Program-made: the position numbers and the translations under genes
Source of the DNA: Ostreococcus lucimarinus
Taxonomy: Eukaryota
Assembly: GCA_000092065.1 (NCBI GenBank)
Contig: CP000592.1
Length of the DNA: 64,000 bases
Strand: one strand, 5' to 3'
Part shown: piece after piece, positions 56,219-64,000 of the stretch
How positions within the stretch are numbered: the stretch's first letter is position 1
Layout: every line of letters starts with the position of its first letter
Notes under the pieces: model-generated
Database searches by the model: none
Told to the model about the DNA's origin: nothing
What the model saw: only the letters and a program-made list of their open reading frames with translations

Positions 56219-57166
56219 ATGTCGAACAAAATAACCGCTCTCGGCGCCGCCAAACCGAAGGCGCAGATGGGGCTCGGCGCTTTTCTCGTCAAGGGTGTCA
56301 AGATGAGCGAAAACAAAATCCTCGCCGCGAGCGCGCCCACGCGCGCGGTCGCCGTCGAAGCGAAGGCGAAAGAGAACGCGGCGAGCGCTTCGACGAACAC
56401 CGCGGAAGGCGCGGGCGCGGAGGCGACGAAGGCGGAGAAGACGACGTCGCGCGGGAGAAAGACTTCAAAACCGGCGTCGTTCGAAGCGTCGCCGGCGAAG
56501 CGCGCGAAGAAAGCGGCCGGCCCCGGCCCCGATCGCTCGCACGAAAAGAAACACTGGGAAGCAGGTCGTCATCGAGTCGTAGGCGTGGACGAAGCGGGAC
56601 GGGGACCGTTGGCAGGACCTGTGGTGGCGGCGGCGTGCTTCGTGCCGAAGGATTGCGTCGTCGACTGCGTCAACGACTCCAAGCAGCTCACTGAGGAGGG
56701 CAGAGAGGAGATCTTCGAGGAGCTCATGGCGAATAAGGATATCGAGTACGGGGTGTGCGTGATCGATCAAGATCGCATCGATGAGATTAATATTTTGGAG
56801 TGCACGATGGAGGCGATGCACCGAAGCGCCGCCGACGTGCCGAACGTGGACTGGGTGTTAATCGACGGGAATCGCGTTCCGAAGCCGCTGGAAGGCAAAG
56901 CCGAAGCGATCGTGAAAGGTGACGCGAAGAACGTCGCCATCGCCGCCGCGTCTATCATCGCCAAGGTCACGCGGGATCGAATGATGCTCGAAATCGACAA
57001 GGAATTTCCGATGTACGGCTTCAAGGACCACAAAGGATACGGCACCAAGGCGCACATGGCGGCGATCGACAAACACGGCCCGTGCGTGTACCACAGGAAA
57101 ACCTTCGCGCCGATCAAGCACATGGACTTGTCTAAGTGGCCGGAGTGCATGAAGAAGAAGACCTAG
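56219..57166 (+). CDS. rnhB: Bacterial-type ribonuclease HII (RnhB) with a Lys/Ala-rich N-terminal extension; probably organellar.
   Basis: VVGVDEAGRGPLAGPVVAAACFVP…DSKQLTEEGREEIFEEL…DHKGYGTKAHMAAIDKHGPCVYHRKTFAPIK matches the RNase HII family rather than the eukaryotic RNase H2A. The start is taken at Met 17 of ORF 56171..57166. Confidence 0.85.
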   Translation: MSNKITALGAAKPKAQMGLGAFLVKGVKMSENKILAASAPTRAVAVEAKAKENAASASTNTAEGAGAEATKAEKTTSRGRKTSKPASFEASPAKRAKKAAGPGPDRSHEKKHWEAGRHRVVGVDEAGRGPLAGPVVAAACFVPKDCVVDCVNDSKQLTEEGREEIFEELMANKDIEYGVCVIDQDRIDEINILECTMEAMHRSAADVPNVDWVLIDGNRVPKPLEGKAEAIVKGDAKNVAIAAASIIAKVTRDRMMLEIDKEFPMYGFKDHKGYGTKAHMAAIDKHGPCVYHRKTFAPIKHMDLSKWPECMKKKT

Positions 57167-57234
57167 TGCGCGCTATCGATTCAATACAACTATTTCTGCT
57201 ACGCTACGCTCGACGCGACGGTCCCGCTCTCGCC

Positions 57235-57534
57235 CTACATCACCGCCCGGTACACCCCGAGCGCGACGAACGCCGCCGCGAACGCCCCCATGGCGATCTT
57301 ATGCGACAAAACGCGTCGAGGTTCTCGGTACACCTCCCACGTCACCATCGCCGCGCCCACGGCGCAGGCGGACGTGCCTAAAACTCGACAGCTCAGGCAA
57401 TCGTCGGCGTTCGTCGCCTTCGCGCTCGTTCGCGGGGCGTAGGTGAGGTGCGAGAACGGAATCGACGTCGCGGCGCGCGCGCTCGACGCGGCGCTCGATT
57501 CGCGCGCGCGCGCGCCGTCGACGCCGTCGGGCAT
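57235..57534 (-). CDS. Hypothetical small Cys-containing membrane protein.
   Basis: A 99-aa ORF with CLSCRVLGTSACAVGAAMVTWEVY and a second hydrophobic segment IAMGAFAAAFVALGVY. No confident family. Confidence 0.3.
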   Translation of the reverse strand: MPDGVDGARARESSAASSARAATSIPFSHLTYAPRTSAKATNADDCLSCRVLGTSACAVGAAMVTWEVYREPRRVLSHKIAMGAFAAAFVALGVYRAVM

Positions 57535-57610
57535 GTCGTCGAGGTCTGAGGAGGCGTGGTCGGCGGTTAGTTGAGCTTTCGCGCGCGGCGGTTGCGTCTA
57601 ATATATGTTA

Positions 57611-60599
57611 CTACGTAGTCGCGGGCGCTTCAGGCGCCGGTGCATGCGCATCATCGACGGTTCCTTCGATGGAAGTAGTCGCGTGCACTTCGTGTGCCGG
57701 TGCATCCACGTCATCAGTGTCCATCGGCGCGGGCGCGGCCACAGGTACGCCCGGAACCGTTTTGGTTTGCAGCGGGTGTGCACCCCCCTGCTCTTGCGTG
57801 GGTTTGGCGTCGCCTTTCGAGTATTTCATGTCGACAAAATGAGTCGCTCGATAGTCATCGATCATCGCCACGTAAGCGAGCACTTCTTTCATCGAACGTA
57901 ATTTGTGGCCGCTTGGTGAGAGGAATTCTTTGTACGAAGTCCCCGCAAGACGTCCACCTTTTCGCTCAAACACGTCTACACGCCAGCCGCGACCGCGAAT
58001 GTCGATATTGGGCGCGTGCTTTTCGACATACGCGTACAATTTCTCAAGTTCGCTCGCTGTCGCGTTTCTGACGGCGAATTTCGTCTCGCGAACCTCGCTG
58101 ACTGGCTTCGCGGCGGTCGTTTTCGGCTTCTTCAACTCCAACCGATCTCTAAGTCGCACATTCTCCTCTTGCAGAGCGCGTACTTTCGCGCGCGAACTGT
58201 CGAGCTGGAACTCACGAGTTTGCACGCGTACTCGTAATCTTTCGAGCTCTCCTGCGTATGATTTCATTTCCTCTACGCTCACGGTGGAAGAGCCGTTGAT
58301 GCCCCTCTTAATATTCTGATCAATATAACGCGCATTTGCAGCGCGTTCCTCCGCGAGTTCTGTCTCGAGCTGCACGAACTTTTCCTCGAGAATCTTGAAG
58401 AAGCTCTCATCGATGACGGTTGAGAGCGCTTTGGGAACTCGAACCATCTGGTTTGGCTCTGCTTTGACATCAGGACGCTCCATATTGCTTTCTTCTTTCT
58501 CAGTGACTGTTTTCTTTGCATCTGCCGCTGCCGCGACTTTATTGACCAAAAGTGGAGGAACGGCAATAGCAGGCGAAGGCTCGACCGTTTGATCATCGAC
58601 CGCAGTGCGCACTTGAGCCTCTCGCATTAAATTCTCGCGCCGCGACACCGCAGTCGGTGCGGACGTCGGTGCGGAGTGGAACGCGTCGCCAGTGTCCGTT
58701 TCCGTTCTTGTCGGCCCGCGTGCGTCCGCTGCGGCGTGCGACGCTAGCGCAGGAACCACGAATTCCTCGTCTTCAATTCTAGTTTGCCATTGATACTCAA
58801 ACTCTCTTGACATGATGCGCGCCATCTTGAACACTGGCGTGTCGTCTTTGTTGTAAGTCATCGCATTGGACCAAACCAGTCGAACGTCGGCGGCGTACGC
58901 CTCGACATTTTTCTCGTCGTAATACCCCGCGTCGATGCGTTCTTTAATCGTACCGAGATCCATCGGATTTTTAATGACTTCGAAGTAGTCTGGAATCTCC
59001 CAGTACACCGGATCGACTGGACGCAAGAAAATGTACGCGTTCTTGTGTACCATGAGAGAGCGATGAATCGACTTGATGCGGGTAAGTGGGGTCGCGACAC
59101 GTCCGCCTTTCGGCCTACCGCGCGGCGCTGGAGCCTTATTCGCACCGTCGCTCCCTCCATCTTCATCGTCTTCGTCGAACGAGCTAGACTTGTGCAAACG
59201 TTTTCGTCGCTTCGCCGTTTGCTTCAAAGACGTCGTTCCCGCGCCGCGGCCGCCGCCGCCGGCTAAACGATACCTTTGAATACCGAAATAATAATCCTGC
59301 ATGCATTGCACTAGATGACGCTTGAACTTTTGATAGGTGATGTCGGCCTCCTTGAATGCTTGTTTGTTGTGTGTCGGTTCCAAGGAGTCCGCCTCGATGA
59401 CACCGATCATATCCTTCATCATTGTGTTCGCCTGCAGCTGCGAACCGAAGCGTTGGTGCATGCGAATCAATCGGTTCTTGTTGTAAATGTGGAACCCACA
59501 CTTCTTCGAAGTTTCATCCGCGGCGTATCCGATGTGAATCGTGATTCCCGCGTCCAAGCCTCGCGGCTTGTACTCCGGAAACACATAATATTCTCGCGCG
59601 AGATGCGCGATCGGGTCTCGCGGCACGACTGGTCGCCCGCGAAGCGTGAATTCGCACCGCGGTTTCAGGTACAAAATTTCCATGTAAGCACGTAAACTAT
59701 AGTCTTCCTGCACATCAATCGACGCCTGCTGGCCTTCGCGCGATTGTTGGAAAATCGGTCCGCGCACCGCTCGCTCGTCATCTGGGATAGCCCCCACCAG
59801 ACGAATGTCATCCTTGTAGCTCGTGAAATCCAACTCGGGCGGATCGCGCAAGTTGAAAAGTACGATGCGCGTCCCGTGTGAACCTCTTATCTTGTCCAAC
59901 TCTCGCATCAACTGTGGCTCCGAGGGTACGAATGAATATCGCAAGATCACAGACATGTGTTCATCCCATTTTTTCGTATTCGCTGGTTCGCTCGCGACGT
60001 ATGAAACCCTGCCGCCAGTCGTCGCGTCTCGCTCCATCCTCCACGAAAACATCGGAATCAGAATGTCGTCCAGCTCGGCGTCATCTAAAAACGTCTGTGA
60101 CAGGAACGCGACGTGGGCGTACCCATCTCTTTTCGTCAATATCAACGCGTCTCGCGCCAATCGCATCGATCCAGACTTAAAACCGATACCAAACCGCCCG
60201 ACGTTCCCAGCCTTGTGTTCCTTGTCGCTAAAACCAAACGACAGCATGCCGACCAGTCGCCGACGATCCATGCCCACGCCGTCGTCTTGAACGATGATGC
60301 CCACATTATTCTTGGGATCGACCATTTTAGAAAGCTCTACGACGTCGACGTGTACGGCTTTGGCTCCACACTCCGCGTCTTGCGCGCTACGTTCGAGCGA
60401 GAGCGAACGCGCGCGTCAGTCTCGCGTTCCGTCGCGTCGAAACGAAGAAAATCGAGCGAAAACGAGATTCACCGCGCCTCTCAAAATCGCATCGCTCCGC
60501 TTCGTAAACGCACTTATCGATCAGTTCCGCGAGCGCCCCTAACGGCCACACGTGACTCGTGGCGTTACCTGCGCTCAAAAACGACGCGACGCTCCGCAT
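57611..60599 (-). CDS. MORC: MORC-family GHKL ATPase fused to a bromodomain, a coiled coil and a methyl-CpG-binding domain. Two exons: 60599..60514 and 60386..57611 on the minus strand.
   Basis: Spliced N-terminus: MRSVASFLSAGNATSHVWPLGALAELID|NAQDAECGAKAVHVDVVELSKMVDPKNNVGIIVQDDGVGM..., which matches the MORC N-box/D-box (human MORC2 …[26 protein letters not shown]…FLDDGCGM). GRFGIGFKSGSMRLARDALILTK is the G-box region. Bromodomain: KNAYIFLRPVDPVYWEIPDYFEVIKNPMDLGTIKERIDAGYY...VWSNAMTYN. MBD: RGRGWRVDVFERKGGRLAGTSYKEFLSPSGHKLRSMKEVLAYV. Confidence 0.8.
60387..60513 (-). other. MORC intron (127 nt, phase 2). The donor is GAT AA|GTGCGT and the acceptor is GTAG|C, with a GACTGACG motif about 27 nt upstream of the AG.
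   Basis: Splicing joins AA + C to create the invariant Asn codon of the GHKL N-box (ELIDNAQDA). Without the intron the first exon (ORF 60387..60599) and the main ORF are in different frames. Confidence 0.75.
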
Positions 60600-61297
60600 C
60601 AGTCAGTCTTCAGTCTCCGCGACTCGCCGTCTCCGCGATCGTCCCGATTCTCCGCGATCGCGCGCCGCTTTCCCCGCGTTTCCCCCTCACATCTCTCACG
60701 CACTCTTCAGCATCCGCGGGTGCGCCTTCGAGTGTTCCATAGCTCGCGCATCTCTCTGTCGATCCACGTCGAACGTCACTCCGGGAGCCGTCGCGCGCTC
60801 TTCCTCCTCCTCGCCGTCCCGTTCGTCGCCGACGCGTTCCAGCCCCGCCAGCTCCACGCGTTGTGGTTTTTGCTTCCGTCTCTGCGTCGTTCCGTCCCGG
60901 TCCCACCGTCAGTCGTCCGCGACGCGCGAAACCGTCGCATCCGTCTCCTCCCGCGTCCGCGTCGCGCGTCGCGCGCGCGCGCCGCGACGGTCGCACCATT
61001 CCGCTCGACGTTCGCCCGCGCGCGTCCCGTCGCGAACCGATTCACGAAAACCCGCGTCGACGCGCCGATCCCGCGAATCGCCCGCCGTCGCGCGCGCTCG
61101 CGGCGCAATAATTTAACCCGCGCGTCGCGTCGCGCGCGCGACGTCGTTCGCGCGCGCGCGACGAAGTGCCGCGCGCCGTCGCGGCGTCCGAGCGCGGGCA
61201 ACAACGCGCGCGTTCGGACGCACGAGGACGCGCGACGCCGCCGTCTCTCGGCGCACACGCGCGCGCGCGCGACGCGAAGATTTTTCTCCGCCTCGGC
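60600..61297. promoter_or_regulatory. Putative bidirectional promoter / extremely GC-rich (CGCG-rich) spacer between MORC (-) and the CotH-domain gene (+).
   Basis: About 700 bp between divergent start codons. It contains only Arg-rich artefactual ORFs. Confidence 0.3.
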
Positions 61298-64000
61298 ATG
61301 GCGCGCGATCGGCGCGATCGAGCGTCGCGCGCGGATGGGACCGCTCGAGCGAACCCTCGCGGGCGCGCGCGCGCGCGAGGCGTCGTCGTCGTCGTCGCGG
61401 CGTGCGCGGCGATCGTCGAGGCGGCGGTCGTCGAGGACGCGACGAGTCGGTCGATCGGGTTCGTCGCGACGGGCGAGGACGCGGTGGTGCGCGCGCGGGT
61501 GGTGACGGATCGGTCGCGGGCGAGGACGCGGGTGTCGGCGCGGTGCGCGAAGGGGTGGGAAGGCGAGACGCGCGTCGAGGCGCGCGACGACGGACGATGG
61601 CCGGACGACGTCGCGAACGACGGCGTGTACGCGGCGAAGTGCTCGACGGATGGTTTGCGAGCGGGTGAACGCGTGCGGTGGCGATGGGAGGTGGAATCGC
61701 CGGAACGCGCGTTCGCGCCGACGGGACGGGCGAGATATTACGGGACGGTTCTCGAAAAAGATTTAAGAGCGGATACGAGTCTGAGCGTCGTGCACGTGTT
61801 CGCCCCGGACTATCGGAAGATGACCACCGACGAGGGCGAACGGGTTGGGGTGTACTTTGAGGGGCGGTATTACGACGACGTCCTCATGCGCCGACGAGGA
61901 TCGAATCGTAAGGAAGCCGTGATCGGGGTCGATTTGTCCGCCGCGAATTGGCCCAAGCACAAGTTTAAGCTCGATTTTCACGGTCGGGTGTTCAAGTTCG
62001 ACGAGAACGAGCGCAAGGTAGAGGAAATTAATTTGCAGTCGCATTATCAAGAGCCAGGGGAAGAGACGTACCTACGCGAGAATCTCGGATTCGCCATACT
62101 GCGCCGCGCCGGCGTGCCGGCGTCGCTGACCAAGCACGTACAAGTCCGCGTGAATAACGAGTTCTACGGATTATTCTCGTTGATCGAGCAAGTCGACTCG
62201 ACTTTCCTTCGCCGGAACTATCTCGATCCTGAAGGAGCGTTGTATAAGGCGGTGAATTGGAAGTACAGCAATCTTCGAGCGGGAGATCCGAACCTGCCTT
62301 GCCCGTACGCTACGCCCGATTACAAGCGAGAATGGATGAACGACGGTTGTCCGGAAATCTATCGTAAAGCTTCAAAGGCGAATCGTGACAATTGGGACGA
62401 TTTGTGGGAGCTCACGCAAGTGATCGAGCGCGTACGCAGGAATCCCGGGGGCGAGGCGTACTTGCTGTACGATCATACCAATCTTCCCGCCTTGGTGAAC
62501 GAAATGGCTGCACAAACGCTCATGCTCGGAGCCGATCGCTGTACAAAGAACTACTACATGCACAAAGACTGGACGGGCGAATGGTCGCGTATTCCGTGGG
62601 ACGTGGAAGACGTGTTTCCGGGAGATAAACGATACGGCATCGACCTCTGTAAGTCGAGTGAATGCGACAAGAAATCAACCGCGTATTGCATTCTGTCGTG
62701 CGAAAAGTTCAACTCGCCGCTGTACTGCGACCGAAATCATCCCCAGGACATCTTTTACGCTCAATCTCCCGAGCAAGACCCTCGATCAACGTACAATGTT
62801 CTCATAGACGTTATGCTCGCAGTCTGGCCAGTCAAGGAGATGTACTTCACCCGCTTGCGCACGCTTATGGATGAGATTTTGGCAACGTCGTTCATCGACG
62901 ACTACGCGAGGCGCACGTTGAACATTATACGCAAAGATGCTCTGCGGGATTCAGAGAAGTGGGGGGTCGGCGCCGTGCGAGCTATCGACCAAGGCGTGCT
63001 TCAGCTGCTCTCGCAAATCGTCCCGAAACGCCGAGACCAATTGTTCAACCAATACAGCTCCATGATACCATCGTCGACGCCTTCGAATGCGCGAGTGTAC
63101 GTCTCACACGCGCAAAAGAATGGCGTTGAAGCGTACGTCAAGATTAGTAATCCGAACGGCTATGCCGTGGACGTGTCGTTTTGGATAGTCGAAACTCGAG
63201 GCGGGTGGAAATATACGCTGAAACCGGGCACCGTTCTCGGCGCCGGTCGCACCCTGTTCGTCGTCAGGGACGCGAAAGAATTCAGACGTCGCGCGACGTG
63301 GGCTCGCCGCGAATACCCCGAAGGCGTCTTCGTGCAAGGAAATTTCCAATCTGATTTAGACACAGATGACGTGAATATGATTTCTGTGACAAGGACATCC
63401 GAGCGCGTCGCCGCGCTCAACGGACGTGGGCGCGCGTTCAGACGGTTTCGACCACGCGTAGGATTCGACAACACTTCGTGCGCGCTCCCAGATGTCGGTC
63501 CTTGGAGCGAATACGGTGATTGCTGCGCCGAAGGCAAATGCGGTTTGTGGTGCGGCGTCCAAAACGCCGCGCGAGTTCGACGTCGAGACGTGAACATCAC
63601 GCTCGGACTTGATCCGAACGATTTACCGCAGTGTTTGGTCCATAGCTATGAGATTGATAGACGCTGCGCGAGCCTTGAGTGCGGCACGCCGAGACCGCCG
63701 AACTCGACGGCGTGTCGAATTCCCTCGAATGAATCGTTTGTGCGTCTCTCGCGAAACGACCAAAGCGTCATCTTTAGTCCGATTTTCGGCTTGAACACAC
63801 GCACGTGGGAGGATTGGAGTTACAAGGTGGAAGTCGCACCGCACGACGCGCACGGCGTCGATGGCGCTTCAAAGTCGTTGAAAATCCTCGTACACTCGGG
63901 TGGTGGTTTGGCGTTTCGAGCGACGGCGCGAAACGACACTCGGCTCACTTCCGCACACTTCTGGATCGCGAGACACGCCCCGCCCCAACCCCTTCCGCGC
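61298..64000 (+). CDS. Secreted / type-II-membrane CotH kinase-like domain protein with a lamin-tail domain and TSP1-like Cys-rich repeats. 3' partial: it runs off the window and so is absent from the ORF track.
   Basis: Frame 2 is open from ATG 61298 to the window end. There is an in-frame TAA at 61109..61111 upstream. N-terminus: MARDRRDRASRADGTARANPRGRARARGVVVVVAACAAIVEAAVV, a signal anchor. CotH motifs: YFEGRYYDDVLMRRRGSNRK...WPKHKFKLDF...YLRENLGFAILRRAGVPASLTKHVQVRVNNEFYGLFSLIEQVDSTFLRRNY...GALYKA. LTD: EAYVKISNPNGYAVDVSFWIVETRGGWKYTLKPGTVLGAGRTLFVVRD. Also PWSEYGDCCAEGKCGLWCGV and further Cys-rich repeats with N-glycosylation sequons. Confidence 0.7.
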   Translation, partial: MARDRRDRASRADGTARANPRGRARARGVVVVVAACAAIVEAAVVEDATSRSIGFVATGEDAVVRARVVTDRSRARTRVSARCAKGWEGETRVEARDDGRWPDDVANDGVYAAKCSTDGLRAGERVRWRWEVESPERAFAPTGRARYYGTVLEKDLRADTSLSVVHVFAPDYRKMTTDEGERVGVYFEGRYYDDVLMRRRGSNRKEAVIGVDLSAANWPKHKFKLDFHGRVFKFDENERKVEEINLQSHYQEPGEETYLRENLGFAILRRAGVPASLTKHVQVRVNNEFYGLFSLIEQVDSTFLRRNYLDPEGALYKAVNWKYSNLRAGDPNLPCPYATPDYKREWMNDGCPEIYRKASKANRDNWDDLWELTQVIERVRRNPGGEAYLLYDHTNLPALVNEMAAQTLMLGADRCTKNYYMHKDWTGEWSRIPWDVEDVFPGDKRYGIDLCKSSECDKKSTAYCILSCEKFNSPLYCDRNHPQDIFYAQSPEQDPRSTYNVLIDVMLAVWPVKEMYFTRLRTLMDEILATSFIDDYARRTLNIIRKDALRDSEKWGVGAVRAIDQGVLQLLSQIVPKRRDQLFNQYSSMIPSSTPSNARVYVSHAQKNGVEAYVKISNPNGYAVDVSFWIVETRGGWKYTLKPGTVLGAGRTLFVVRDAKEFRRRATWARREYPEGVFVQGNFQSDLDTDDVNMISVTRTSERVAALNGRGRAFRRFRPRVGFDNTSCALPDVGPWSEYGDCCAEGKCGLWCGVQNAARVRRRDVNITLGLDPNDLPQCLVHSYEIDRRCASLECGTPRPPNSTACRIPSNESFVRLSRNDQSVIFSPIFGLNTRTWEDWSYKVEVAPHDAHGVDGASKSLKILVHSGGGLAFRATARNDTRLTSAHFWIARHAPPQPLPR

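Noticed and set aside
60552-61505. Plus-strand 317-aa and related Arg-rich ORFs in the MORC/CotH spacer.
   Set aside because: They are extreme Arg/Ser low-complexity. They are interrupted relative to the true CotH frame, which begins at 61298 in another frame.
1-64000. An apparent clustering of genome-maintenance genes (ATM, TOP1, RAD51C, XPG, SPT16, MORC, RNase HII) as a functional island.
   Set aside because: The genes are interspersed with unrelated housekeeping and organellar genes and lie on both strands. In a genome this compact, co-occurrence within 64 kb is expected by chance. There is no operon-like organisation.
1-64000. Prokaryotic-style features: CRISPR arrays, IS elements, phage genes, rRNA/tRNA.
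   Set aside because: None were seen. GT-AG introns, nuclear-type genes and N-terminal targeting presequences show that this is eukaryotic nuclear DNA.

Overview
This window is compact, very GC-rich (roughly 65%) eukaryotic nuclear DNA, not prokaryotic. It holds about 40 protein-coding genes on both strands with short intergenic spacers, and many gene pairs are head-to-head or tail-to-tail. There are no rRNA or tRNA genes and no CRISPR arrays.

The gene content points to a photosynthetic green-lineage alga, probably a prasinophyte or Mamiellales-like picoalga (inference only; no species-level call is possible). Supporting genes are Psb27, TLP18.3/Psb32, TGD1, plant-type TOM20, D27-like, RSH, and chloroplast-type RlmN, RNase HII and guanylate kinase.

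Most genes are a single exon. From protein homology I could reconstruct a small number of short GT..AG introns (about 90-340 nt) that an ORF-only annotation would miss:
- CHMP2: 2 exons.
- DIM1/TXNL4A: 3 exons.
- A MORC ATPase: an intron splits the codon of its catalytic Asn.
- Probably SEN2.
All confidently reconstructed introns carry a GACTGACG branch-point-like motif 27-32 nt upstream of the AG.

Notable housekeeping and chromatin genes: ATM (5' partial), TOP1, SPT16, RAD51C, XPG, BMS1, SOF1/DCAF13, PPIL4, METTL16-like, BMT5-like, NYN RNase, GDAP2-like, acyl-CoA oxidase-like, aspartyl aminopeptidase.

Most interesting candidates:
1. A DsbA/FrnE-like thioredoxin-fold gene whose reading frame is continuous only if an in-frame TGA, sitting exactly at the catalytic Cys position of the CPxC motif, is read as selenocysteine.
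2. A MORC GHKL ATPase fused to a bromodomain and a methyl-CpG-binding domain.
3. A 3'-truncated secreted CotH-kinase / lamin-tail / TSP1-like protein at the window end. It escaped the ORF track because it runs off the window.
4. A SAND-domain + PNUTS-like protein (TFIIS-N, TVTW PP1-docking motif, CCCH finger).

Two kinds of sequence feature are not genes. Several intergenic microsatellites — (GATTT)n, (GATTC)n, GGATTG-rich and (GGAGAATA)n — form AT-richer islands. Numerous long arginine-rich ORFs on the antisense or alternate frames are GC-composition artefacts.
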